Program-made: the position numbers and the translations under genes
Shown here: positions 34,874 through 47,815 of the stretch, piece after piece
How positions within the stretch are numbered: position 1 is the stretch's first letter
Layout: each line of letters starts with the position of its first letter
Origin: Selaginella moellendorffii
Taxonomy: Eukaryota; Plantae; Lycopodiophyta
Assembly: GCF_000143415.4 (NCBI RefSeq)
Contig: NW_003314288.1
Span: 629,619-693,618 of the forward strand
Length of the DNA stretch: 64,000 bases
Direction: 5' to 3'
Notes under the pieces: generated by a model
Databases searched by the model: none
Told to the model about the DNA's origin: nothing
Seen by the model: the letters and a program-made list of their open reading frames with translations, nothing else

Positions 34874-37394
34874 TGGCAAGAAGAAAGAAAAAAGGGGAAA
34901 AAAAAAGGCAAAGGTAATCAAACAATCAAAACGAGCTAAATCAAAAAACGAAAAAGCACAATCTGAATCAAACTGTTAAGACTCCTGACAAGATCAAGAC
35001 TGGAAAATGCAAAAAGACAAAGAGAAAAGCTAGTGGAAACAAAGAAGAGGCCTTAGATTGGTGTTGATTCAGATTGTGGAGAAATGGAACAAGGCTAACC
35101 TATATATACTATAGGTTGATGAAGCTCCACCACTCTTGGATCGAGGACGGCCTAAATATAGCTGAGGTCGAGGAGGCGCCACATCATCATCAGGAATGTG
35201 GCTCGAGACTCAGGAATCGGGAAGTGTCTCGAGAGTCAGGAATAGGGAAGTGTCTCAAGAGTCAGGAATAGGGAAGTGTCTCGAGAGTCAGGAATGTGGT
35301 TTGCAGGTCAGGAATCCGGCGAGAGTCAAGAATGTGGCAAGAATTGGGGGATTCCTGACACGCATTGCTGATCCATTGAAACTTTATGAGGTGACATGCG
35401 ATGCGAGTGGTTATGCACTGGGAGGAGTTCTCATGCAAGAGGGACAGCCTATTGCATATGAGAGTCGAACTTTGAATTCTGCGGAGCAACGCTATTCCAC
35501 AAATGAGCAAGAGTTACTCTCTATTGTTCATGCTTTGCAGACGTGGTGGCACTACCTTTATGGTGCAGTGTTCGTAGTGTTGAGAGATCACAAACCATTT
35601 GTGTATCTTTTCACACAGAAGGAGTTGAACACTAGGCAAGCTCATTGGATGGTCAAACTCATGGAGTTTGGGGAGTTTCCTATTGAGCATCATCTAGGAA
35701 AATCAAATGTGGTGGCAGATGTTTTATCTCGTGTTCATCATGTGGTGACGTTACAAACACGATTTTGTCATCATTTGAGTAAGGTGGTCATTGAGTTTGG
35801 GCAGTTGGTTGAGCATGCTTAGGCTTAGGATGCTGAGGTGGCCTCTTTGCGAGACCAGATGGAAGCTCTTTTCTCATTGGTGGATGGGATTCTCTACTAC
35901 AATGGCCGTGTATATTTGCCACAGGTGGATGCGTTAATTACTCAAGTTTTATTCCACTATTATGATCGTCCAGATGCCAGTCATTTTGGGGGGAAGAAGA
36001 CGTATGAGTTGATTAAGTGCAACTTTTATTGGACGAATATGAAGGTTGATATCCTCAAGTATTGTAAATAATGCGAGCTTTGTCAGCGGGTTAAGGTGCC
36101 AGGGGAGAAGCTAGGGGGACTTTTGCAACCTTTACTTATTCCTCAGAGCCATTGGTGTAGTATCTCTATGGACTTCATCACTTGATTGCCACAAACACAA
36201 AGGCAAAAGGATCAAGTATGGGTCATAGTGGATTGGTTGACGAAGTATGTGTGGTTGTTGGCTCTTCAGAAGATTGTCACTGCCTCAAACCTGGTTGCAG
36301 TTTACTTAGAGAAGGTTTTTCCTGATTTTGGTTTGCTAGAGGACATCATTAGTGATTGAGATTCAAAGTTCAGCAGTGGATTTTGGAAAAGCTTTGCAAA
36401 GGCTATACAAGTGACTTTGAAACTCTCAAGTGGAGATCATCCTTAGATAGATGGGCAAACCGAGCGTGTGAATTAGGTGGTAGAGGATATGTTACATTGT
36501 AGCATTGGTCAAAGGCAAGGACAGTGGGATTTATATCTTCCGTTGGTGCAATTTGCTTACAACAATAATCAACATAGTGGAACCAAGCTAAAGTCCTTAC
36601 TTTGCCATATTTGGAAGGCATCCTCGAATAGCGGTGGAGTTGGGATTGTATTTGAGTAAGGACGTTCAAGATAAGCTTGATTCCGAGGCGACTAATCTGG
36701 CCACAGAACTTGATGAGATTTTAGTGGTGTGCAAACGGAATTTGCAAGTAGCTTGGGATAGAGCAGAGAAGTTTGCCAATGAGCATCGCCAATTCCGGGA
36801 ATATAAGATGGGTGATCTCGTCTTTGTGCGTGTGATCTTTCCGTCAAGTGAGCAGCGGAAAATATTGGTGCCTTTACTGACAGGGAAGAGTGATAAACTT
36901 TCCTATCGATATGCTAGTCCATATGAAGTGCTGGAGTGCATTGGTAAAGCGGCTTATCAGGTACGGCTGCCAGCTGGGGTGAAAATTCATCTGGTGTTTT
37001 ATGTTAGCCAGTTGAAAGGTGTACTATCTCGGAGTGACGGGCCCAATGCCTCCCTGATGTATACGGCTATGGAAGATGAACCAAGAGCTTGAGCAAGGTT
37101 CCCCAAAAAGGGTGATCACCAGTACAACTCGTCCTTGGGATAAGGACTTTGTTGGGGGCGAAGAATTGTTAGGCACCAGCTTTGACCACGTGGTCAACGT
37201 CAGAGGGAGGCTCAAGGGTATATTAAGGCATGTTAGGGTAAGGGACTTAACCTACCCTAGGGCTCACAGTGGAGCGGTGGTGCAGTGGAGCTTTTGAGAT
37301 AGCTCGGGGGTGGTTGGGTGGTGAGGAACCTCAAGAGGTGGCATAGCATAATTTAGGTGACTAGATCTCTGTCTTTTTGCGCCAGATCATAACA

Positions 37395-38682
37395 ATCGGG
37401 CTGTGATTGGGAGGAGGTTTTGCATCGGCCTGTGGTGGGTGAAGCCTCGAATGTCACCACCTGGAGTAAGTTTTCTTAGGAGTATTAGGTGGAAGAGGAA
37501 ACTTCAGATGGAGAAGAGGACCTTCTTCACCATTTGTGGCATGCTGGAGAGCAAGATCCGGAAGCAAAATACCTGTTGGAGGAGTGTGGTGCCGGTGGAT
37601 GTTCAACTGGGGGTAACTTTGTACAAGCTTTTCAAGAACACAGATTACTTGGATCTGGTGGACAAGTTTGGCATCGGGGAGTCCACAGCTCATGAGATTG
37701 TCATGGACACTACTGTGGCGATTGTCAAGTGTCTCAGGTACAAGATTCATTTTCCTTCAACTGCCAAGGAGGTTCAAGCTGTTACTGCTGGCTTTCGACA
37801 AGTGATAGGTACATTTTCTTATGTTTTCTGGATTATTATAAGTTTTGATGACCAATAGGAACCCGACTGCCTAATGTTGCTGGGGCGATCGACTACTAGA
37901 CTGGATGGCAAGAGCTACTACAACTGGAAGCAGTGGTACTCGATCATCTTGCAAGGGGTTTGTGATGCCTAGAAGAGGTTCCTCAGTGTCTATGCTGGGT
38001 GGCCAGGTATGTTTCTTTGTGTGTTGTGGATGGTTCTAAAATGTTCTTTTTGCTTTCAGGACGCATCCATGATAGGGTTTTTCATAATTCAACCCTCAGG
38101 AACAAGATTGTAGCAAGGGAGCTGCTGACATCACCTGCGATGTTAGCATATGATGATAAAATCAAGCCATACCTAGTGGGGGACAAAGGGTACCAACTCC
38201 AGCAGCATCTGATGATTCCACACACAAGTAAGTCTTCTTAATTCTACTTTCTTTTGTTCACTTGTTTTGGTTGTTGCTCAGCTCCGAACCCGACACCATC
38301 CAAGGCAACTTTCAACCTTCATCACCACCTTGCTCAGATTGTTATTGAGCAAGCATTTGGACTTCTTAAAATGAAGTTCAGATGCTTGAATCAAAAACAA
38401 AGGATCTAGCCAAAGTACCTTCCCAACATCATCAAGAGTTGTTGCATCTTGCACAATTTCTTGATTGATGTTGGGGAGACTGATCTTCAGGCGGAGATCC
38501 AAGCTTGGAGGAAAGAGGTGAAAAGGCTCAAGGACCAGGACCTCTTTGTCAATTACAGTGATCCCGAGCAAGTGGAAGGGGAACCTCATGAGGAGTTGCA
38601 TAGTCTAGAGGATGCGAAAGAGGTTAGAGAGAACCTCATGTTTTCCCTCTGTGTTTGCCAGTGGCACTTGTGTTTGCTTTGA
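37395..38682 (+). pseudogene. PIF/Harbinger transposase (DDE_Tnp_4, HARBI1-like), degraded, with short introns
   Basis: KFGIGESTAHEIV, NVAGAID, YYNWKQWYSIILQGVCD, YAGWPG, GDKGY, IEQAFGLLKMKFRCL, CCILHNF. Confidence 0.88.
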
Positions 38683-39164
38683 AATTTGTGGGGATATAAT
38701 TCTAAACATTTGAATTTGAATTTGAAATTTCAAAATTTGAATTAAGTCATTTTTAAGTGTTCGAATGCATTGTTTTTAAGTGTGAATCCAAGGGTGTTTT
38801 TCCACTTAAATCTAAGACATGTGCGAATGCAAAATTCCTTATAAGTTTACTTTGCAACACAAATTTTTTCAATGTGCACAACTTTCTTAATTTTTAAAGT
38901 GGGTCGCTTAAGTTTTTTTTCACTAAATAAATGTGCGAATTGGTCCTTTCTCAACATAGAAGATAATGTTTTGCCAAGCTTACCACAACCACTGGCAACC
39001 TTGATTGCCAATGATGTTGTCCTTGGCTGTGGTATCTATAACCATACAGCTAGGGCCCAAGTTACACCACCAATGGCCCATAGCAATCACAGCCATGGTG
39101 GCACAAGGTCTCGGCCATGGCTAGCAATACCTTGGCTGGCCTTAGCCGTGGCATAGCCATCTAC

Positions 39165-39556
39165 TAGAGGAGCTAGAGGAGAGCTGTTGTAGGAGGAGTG
39201 CTAGAGGAGTTGGAGGAGAGCTGTTGCAGAAGAAGTGCTGGAGGAGCTGGAGAGCTGCTATAGGAGGAGTGCTGGAGGAGCTGGAGGAGACTCAATGCAC
39301 AAGGGGTTTTGGAGCAGCTAGAGGGTGAGAAAGAACGATTTGATGAAAATAAAAAAAAACTGAAAAATCCAAGAGTAGGATTGGCAAAAGTACAATGTAG
39401 AAGAGTTGTTGCAGGAGGAGCACTAGAGGACATGGAGGAGAGTTGCTACAGGAAGAGTGTTGGAGGGAGGAGATATGTTGCATTGGAGGAAAGTAAGAGC
39501 CACTAGAGGAGTTAGGCACTAGAGGAAAATAAGAGTTGCTAGGAGGAGAGTTGGGC
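39165..39556 (+). repeat. Degenerate GA-rich tandem repeat (CTAGAGGA/GGAGAGCTG units)
   Basis: Recurrent ctagagga, ggagagctg and aggaggagtgct words. Confidence 0.6.
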
Positions 39557-42500
39557 ATTGTACACAATACCATCTACACTAACTAACCCTAACTGAACTC
39601 AAATAGATGCATTGCACTATGCAACAACGTTTGGTTTGCTTTGATATTGTCAATTTTTACATAAATAAAAATTTTATATGATGTACTTATTTTAATACAT
39701 TTTTTATTCATATATAATTTGGAATTTTAGTACTTCTTGTTTATCTCTCAAAGAGTTCAACTAATGTTTTTTTTAATCAATTTTATTCTTTCTATAGCAA
39801 GCTTAAAGCAAATAGTGAAGAATATAAGGAAGAAGTCCTACACTCTTGCAATACTAAAATCTTGCAAATTTTCCTTTAAGAACATTATTACTAGTCAAAA
39901 AGTTCACTTTTTTTGAGTAGTCTGATGTGTTTGTCTTTATAGCATGTCCATAAGCAGAAAACAAGGAACTTTTTACTTGCTCCTCATAGTAGAGTATCAC
40001 AGTGATAAAAGAAGTTCTCAAGGGTAAGGAACTGAAGAGTGACAGCGCAGAGGAGCTTTTGAGGTAGCTCAAGGGTGGTTGGGTTCAAGAGGAGGTGTAG
40101 TCTAGTTTAGAAAGACTAGATCGTTGACTTTTTGTGCCGACTCATAACATTAGTATAAGAGGTGTTGGTTGTGACGACCAAGTTAAATGTTGGAATCCTA
40201 TTGTCAATGGTGGTGCTGATGATGGTGCCGACAGAGCTGTAAAGGTTTGGACCATGGAAGATGTTGTTCACGAGCTGCAAGCCCTTAATAAAAATCAGCA
40301 AAAGATGCAAGACAAGATGCATGGCATGATGGGTACCTTGTGTGAGTGTGTTGAGGCACTCGAGGCTAGTCATGGTGGCACTTCAAGAAAGCCTTCTTTG
40401 GTGGATCAACTCAAGATTCCAACCTTTTCTGGTGATGGTGGTATGGATAAGTGTTTATCTTGGTTAGCCAATGTGAAGAAATTCTTAGCTGCTAAAGGAA
40501 CTCTAGCTGCAAAGGCTTTTAGTGGCTATTTTAATGGTTTTGCATGATGTGAGTGTTTGGTGGTGGAATTAACTTGAGGAGTCTTTTGCTGCGGATAAGA
40601 AACCATTAGTGTCTACAATGAATGAGTTTGAGGCTGCTTTCCATTTACGTTTTGCCCCTCACTATGACATGGAAAATGCTCACACCAAACTTTGACATTT
40701 TCAGCAAGGGAAAATGAAGCTTGGGGACTATATTGAGAAGCTGACTTGCTTGATTAAAGATCCAAATCAGAACAAATCCTACTTCATTGATGGCCTTCAT
40801 AGTGCGAGCATGCGGCAACACTTGCATCATTCTTAACCTACAAAGAGTTTGGAGGAGCTCTTTGGTGCTACTCAACGACTTGACATTGACAAGTGTTAAG
40901 TCTCACAAGTGTTCGAGGAGTCCTTCTATTGAGAATCATTGTGATGATTGTTGTGGACACAAGGATAGGAATAAACATCACAAGCTGAAGTCTATGGTGG
41001 CTACTTCGGGTACACAGGGGTCAAAGAAGCAAAAATTCTTTATGAAGAATTATAGATAAGGTTGTCATCATTGTAGCGAGCTAGGACATTACAAGGCTGA
41101 TTGTCCACAATGAAGAGCAAAAAGCATGGCAACAAGAATGGCCAATCTTCTTTTGATGGTAAGTTAGATACTAAGAAGTTGCAAACTTTGCAGTGCAAGG
41201 ATGATGGGGATGACCATTCCACTCAGAGGAAGAGGCTTTCAATCGTTGCTCATCAACTTAACTGTGTGTGGAACAAGATGGAGGTCGAGGACACTCGTGC
41301 ATTAACTTTAATGCTAGAGGGCGTATTCCGTGGCGGTCTTATGTGGATTTTACTAGACAGTGGGAGCGATGACAACTTTGTTTCCACAAAGTTTGTTGAG
41401 GAGTATGGCCTGGTGACACTAGGAATTCTTTCATACATAGTAGAAAGTGCAGCTACCTTTACTCAATATTTCGATACTTGTACAGAAGGGCTGGAAGTGT
41501 TGGTTGACAAAACCACACTTGTGAAGACTTTTTATCTCACAAATCTTCATTGTGTGGATCTCATTTTTGGGATGCCATGGTTGATGAAGGTGGATTTGGA
41601 GATAAAGTGGAGTATTAAACATGTCTTCTTGAATATTTTTCCCTCTAAACTTCCTCATGGATTTTCTCCATTACAAGGTGTGGAGCATGGGATTACGTTG
41701 GAGTTGGGGATATAGTCAATTTACCAATATCCATTTTAGTTGAGTTATGCCAAGGAGCAAGAAGTTTAATAACAAGTCAAGGAGTTAGTTTATTCAATCA
41801 AGTAAGTTTTTGTTTGGTGCTTCGGTTTTGCTTGTGAAGAAAGACGGTTCAATGAGGATGTGTATTGACTACCATGCCTTGAAAAAGAAGACTATGAAAG
41901 ACAAGATGCCAATGCCACATGTGGATGATATCTTAGAAAAACATGGTGAAGCACGAGTGTTTACTAAGATTGATTTGAGGAGTGGATATCATCAAATTGC
42001 TATGAATGATGCATCTATCTTCAAGACGACATTCAACACGAGTTTCGGGCATTTTGAGTTTACGGTTATGCCATTTGGTTTGACGAATGCACTAGCCACA
42101 TTTACTTGGTTGATGACGGAGGTCTTTAGGAGTTATCTTGATGAGTTTGTGGAGATTTTCTTGGATGATATTCTTGTTTTCAGCAAGAATATGGAGGAGC
42201 ATAAGATGCATTTGCACAAGGTTCTTTTGTTACTCTGTGACAACAAATGTGAGTAAATGAAGAAGAGTAAATGTGAGTTTGCAAAGTCAGAGGTGGAATA
42301 TCTAGGCCATATTATAACATCTAAGGGTGTGAAGACGGATCTAAAGAAGGTGGTTATGGTGGAGAACTAGCCTACACTGTAGCACACCTGAATTTGGAGC
42401 CAAACTCCAAGCTCGTTGCACTACAAAACGAGGGTCCGGTATAATCCCACAAGCACCAGCTCCCCGTATCCAGCACCTATATGCAAAATGGTGTCAGATG

Positions 42501-42793
42501 GAGTCTGGCACAATTTTGGCATACCGGTGGCCTAACACGAGGAGGAGGGTACCCCACCAACTAGAGCAACATGAAGCTTGGGCTTAAACCCAAGCCAGAT
42601 GCAGAACAAGGAGCGACACAGCCCAGCGGGAGCCAAACTAATGTCTCAGGTGGTCGGACATGCATTCCAACCACTATCCCTACTAGTACGGTGATGTGTG
42701 GTTTGGAAAAGGAGGTTCAACCTTTAGTTGTTATGCTATCCACTACATCTTTGAAACAGGCTGTCGTAATGAAAAAGCACTTCGAGTTACTAC

Positions 42794-42893
42794 NNNNNNN
42801 NNNNNNNNNNNNNNNNNNNNNNNNNNNNNNNNNNNNNNNNNNNNNNNNNNNNNNNNNNNNNNNNNNNNNNNNNNNNNNNNNNNNNNNNNNNNN
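42794..42893. other. Assembly gap (N run)
   Basis: 100 N. Confidence 1.
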
Positions 42894-45800
42894 AATGTAT
42901 GGGACCAAAATGAGACCAACACTAAGGGCATGATAGTGAAGGTGTTTGGTAGACACGGTAAGTTATCATTCAGTGATATTGAGGGATTAGTTTCAATACA
43001 TGGGGGTTCTTAATACTAGCAAGTGCAAGTTAATGACAGGAGTTTCTCAAACCAGGCCGAGTATGCTCAACAAGAAACACATAGGATTCCTACTTTATGT
43101 TTATCCGATTTAAATACACGGTCATTGACTAGTTTCTCAACTAGCTCAAGTGGGAACAATAAAGGGAACTAACTGTACTAACCTTTTGCCATCATGGCAG
43201 TAAGGAAAGAGTGTCCGTAAGGACTAGCCGACAAGTATCTTTCAATACCCGAAGTCACATTTGCGACACTCTCCCCAAGATCAATGTCCTTGTCGATGCA
43301 TACCCGAGTCTAACAAACCGTCAAGGAAACAACTTCAAAAGTTAACGGAAAGCATACTATATGGGAAATACACCGACTTAAATGAGTTATGGAACAACCT
43401 CTCCTTTACATCTAAAGACATTAAGACTTAGACACCCTCTGGCCATCACCGACAAGAAAATGACTAACAGAGTTAGCCACCCTTTCTGCTCCGAGTACCA
43501 CTCGGCTTACGAAGGAATGATACATCCCTGCCTGCAGGGACATAGGGAGAAGGCCAGAGGCCCAACTGCCCTTGAGCAAGAAATCAACCCCATCGGGAAG
43601 ATTTAGACAACTATTATAAACTAGCAGATTAAGTTGTTTACATGACCATGCCCCTTTTCAAAAATGAGTCATCGAGAGAGAGGCGGGGACTTGTGATCAG
43701 TCTATAAGAGTTATCCCCATGGTTATGGATTAGACCCATGCACCGAAGTGCCGAAGTCAGCCTACCAAAACTGACCCAAGTACGAATGAACGAAAGAAAC
43801 GACACTTTTTTTTATAGAAATATATTACTTTATTGATTTGCAAGATTTATTACAAAGCTGTTACAAAAACTAGTCTTTATTACTATTCTCATACTTCGTG
43901 ACAAGCTCACAAGCATGTGTAAGATTCCTAAGAGGTTTCCAAGTTGATTCACAAGTTGGGTAACCTTTCCACTTAACTAGATATTCCTTGGAACGACCAC
44001 CATGAGCTTTGTGAGACAAGAGAATTACTTCGACCTCATACTCCATGTCACCATTCACAACTTCCGGAGGGGGATGAATATCCACACAGCGATCCGCAGC
44101 AACATGATATGGTGCTAGTAAACTGACATGAAACACATCATGTACATTGGACAACTCATCCGGAAAATCCAACTTATAGGATACATCACCAACTCGCTTC
44201 ACCACTTGATAGGGTCCAACATATCGTGGCAATAACTTCTGAGATAAACATCCCTTAATGTTCAAGTTCCGGGAAGATAGCCACACTTGATCTCCCACTT
44301 GATAGGATACATCCCGACGATGCTGATCCTTATCATGTCGATACCTATCCTGAGCTTTGCCCATCGCCTCAGTAGCCCTAGACCAAGCTTGGCATAACTG
44401 CTCCACATAAGTCTCAACAGCCGGGACCAACATTTTGGACATAGGTTTCGTACAACAATCTGCTAATGAACCCCACGAGCATTCCTTTGCAGCATCTCCC
44501 ATGGAGAACAGCCTATAGCGCTGTGAAATGTGTTGTTATAACATATTTCTGCTGTATCCAAATGCTCAACCCAATCACGTTGGTCTGCCGCAACATAGTA
44601 CTGCAGATAATCCTCAACTTGAGCATTCACACGTTCAGTCTGCTTATCAGTCTGAGGATGATAAGCTGTACTAAATTTTAGCTTGGTACCAAACAGCTGG
44701 AACAATGTGCCCCAAAACTTCCCTGTAAACCTCAAATCCCTATCCGAGATCATCTCTTCGGGAAGACCCCGAACCCGCACGACTTCATGGAAAAAGAGCT
44801 TTGCTGCTTGTTTCGCAGTCACTGTTCCCACAGTTGGAATGAAGTGTGCAATCTTCGACAACCTATCCACAACCACCATCAAAGTATCATAACCCCTAAA
44901 CTTCGGCAAGCAAGTGACGAAATCAAGTGTCACATTTTGAAATGGCCATGCCGGTGCTGGAATGCACTGCAACTTTCCAGCCTGCTTCTCAGTTCTGCGC
45001 TTACATTCTTTTGCTGTCCACCATGTCTCACTGCTAGAACATCATGATGTTCCCGCAGAAACAACTGTTGTAGATCCTTAGAGGGAAGATACAATCTTTC
45101 TTGCTTATGAAATATAGACCCATCCTGAACCGAGAAGTGAAGCTTCGCATTGGTGTGGTTAGCAACGTTTGCTGCCTCGCTACCAGAGTTCTACTTCGAC
45201 AACTCCGCACGGTGTAAGATTGCTTTTGCCAATGAATCACTTCCATACGAAGCCCGAACATCCTCCAACTAGTCCGAACTGATTGCCGATATTGCCCGGA
45301 ATTGAGTTTGACGACTCAACGCATCCGGAATAATATTGTCTTTACCAGGTTTATATATGATTTCAATATCATATCTAGCAAGCTTCTCTTGCCAACGAGC
45401 CTGCTTCGGCGTAAACTTAGGCTGTGTAGCAAAGTAGCTTAATGTGTTACTATCCGTATAAACCTTGGTATGTCCACCCAAGTAGTGTCTCCAGTGTTCC
45501 AGGGCCAACACTATAGCAAACATCTCTTTCTCATGCATTGGCCATCTTCATTGAGTTTCATCCAATTTCTTGGAATAAAATGCAACGGGACAACCATGTC
45601 GCCTTAGTGTAACACCAACTGCTTTGTCACAATCTTGCTACAACACGGCACCAATAGCATAACCAGATGCATCACAATGCACTTCGAAGGGTTTATCAAG
45701 ATCTGGGATCCTGATAACAGGAACCATAGTCAAGATCTCCTTCAACCATACAAAAGTATGCTGACAAGCTGGTATCCAATGAAACGGAATATTACTCTTC

Positions 45801-47469
45801 GTCAACTCAGTCAACGGAAGAGCAATTCTTGCAAAATTGCGGACAAACTTGCAATAGTATCCCGCCAAACTGAGAAAGGAACGAACATCTGATACAATGG
45901 TCGGAACTTCCCAGGACTTCATTGCTTCCACCATCTTTGGATCGACCTCAATCACGCCACCACCAACTATATGTCCGAGAAAGTTTACGCGCAATTGTCC
46001 AAAAGCACATTTACTTTCCTTAGCATACAGTTTGTGTTTGCGCAACTTCTGAAACACCAGCTCCAAGTGTTTCAAATGATCCTCTAATGTTTCACTAAAG
46101 ACTAGAACATCATCAATGTATAAGACAACAAATGTGTCCAAATAATCTCCAAATATTCTATCCATCATAGTGCTGAATGTTGCTAGAGCATTCCATAACC
46201 CGAACGGCATGACAAGGAACTCATAAGATCCGTACCGAGTCTTAAATGCTGTCTTCTCCACATCCTGATCTGCCACCCGTATCTGGTGATACTCGGACCG
46301 CAAATCAAGTCGCATAAAATTCTTAGCCTTTAAGAGTTGGTCAAACAAGTCATCAATGCGAGGCAAAGGATAACTGTTTTTAACTGTGATCTTGTTGAGT
46401 GCTTGATAGTCAATACACATCCTCATGGTTCCATCCTTCTTCATAACAAAAAGGACTGGCACTCCATAAGGTGATTTACTTGCTCAGATACTACCTTTGT
46501 CAAGAAGCTCCATGAGTTGCTTTTTGAGTTCAGCCATCTCCTTGATGTTCAACCGATATGGAGCTTTCGTAGGCGGTTTAGAACCCGAAATAACCTCAAT
46601 CCGATGATCAACCTTACGGCTAGGAGGTAGCCCTGGCGGCAAATCCTTCGGAAAGATATCCTGATTCCTCACCAACAACTCCAATATCCTCTTTGGTACA
46701 GGATCAACCCCGTCGCCGATTCGAACTGAATCACCAACACCCTCAGCTTCCATCACTTGAACCCAAAAGGTCCGACATCCCCTCTTAGCTGCTTTTTGAG
46801 CGGCCCTCACAGTCAAGAACTTTGCTTCCCAATCCTTTGAGGAACGCTTTTGCAACTGAAAGGATACATTAGGATATCTTTTTGACTTCAATGTGATACG
46901 ACTTTGTTTAGCACCATGAATCCCCTTTATATACTTATTGAAGAAATCCATACCAAACACCATCTGAAAATCTGGTATCTTCAACACTACCAAGTCCACT
47001 CTTTCTTTCCACTTGGATATCTTTATTGAAACATCACTCACAAACTTTCTGGCTACTTGCCCACCTTCCGCAAACCAGAAGTGCATAGGCGACATTTGCT
47101 CAGCATTCAATCCTAACAACATAACTAAGTCTTCAGATATCACGCTGTGTGTAGGTCCCATGTCAATCATCACTCAGATTCGGTGTCTGCGGACAAAGCC
47201 TATCAAATACATCAACGGATCAATGTTTGCATTGACTGTAAGAAAAGCTTGAGGAAAGCAACGTAAGTTACTCACCTCTTCTTCCTCATAGTCTACATTG
47301 ACCAACTCGTCAACCCCTTCAGGTTCACCACCACTGTCTTCCCTCATGACATTAACCCGAGATCTTGTCTTATGCTTGTTGGGACATTCCAAGGACCTAT
47401 GTCCCGACTCTCCACAATGGAAGCAATGACCCACACTACCCGTTCCACTAGGAGCCGGTTTTGTAAGTT

Positions 47470-47815
47470 GTTGCTGCTTGTACCCACCAGGAGGAGGAAT
47501 AGAGGGCCTAGGATCGGAAGAAGTTGCTGGTGGTCTCCAGCCACCACCACCTTTGTTAACTGTTGCTTGTGAGCCTCCAGAGCAGAACCTGCCTTCCACC
47601 CTCTGTTTCCAATCACCTTGCTTATTCCCAAATGCTAGGAACAAGTTTTGCATGTTGCTGCTGCTTGTACCCACCAGGAGGAGGAATAGAGGGCCTAGGA
47701 CCAGAAGAAGCTGCTGGTGGTCTCCAACCACCACCACCTTTGTTAACCGTAGCTTGTGAGCCTCCAGGGTGGTACCTACTTTCCACCCTTTGTTTATGAT
47801 CACCTTGCTTATTCC
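47470..47815 (-). repeat. Internal ~189-bp duplication in gag of #5
   Basis: GGSQATVNKGGGGWRPP..PRPSIPPPGGYKQQQ encoded twice. Confidence 0.85.

Larger units (their letters stand above)
29798..35360 (-). mobile_element. Chromovirus (Tcn1/Tf1-sushi-like) LTR retrotransposon #3
   Basis: LTRs 29798-30158 and 34974-35360; perfect CGCAT TSD; PPT at 30159-30172; gag 34873-33902 with CLYCADPNHKAAVC; pol PR/RT/RH/INT with lesions; chromodomain EYEVQDIL..YLVEWKGY..TWEP at 30454-30170. Confidence 0.96.
27864..37394 (+). mobile_element. Ty3/gypsy LTR retrotransposon #2 (gag internally deleted, degraded), host of gypsy #3
   Basis: LTRs 27864-28080 and 37167-37394; degenerate iMet PBS; PPT GGGGGCGAAGAA; flanks GTTGG/ATCGG; protease LLDSGS, RT FLDDIL, RNase H, integrase. 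Confidence 0.9.

Noticed and set aside
42686-42793. Piece of #2/#4-family pol linker inside the LTR of #5
   Set aside because: Abuts the N gap and corresponds to the segment missing from #4 near 41630; most likely misassembly
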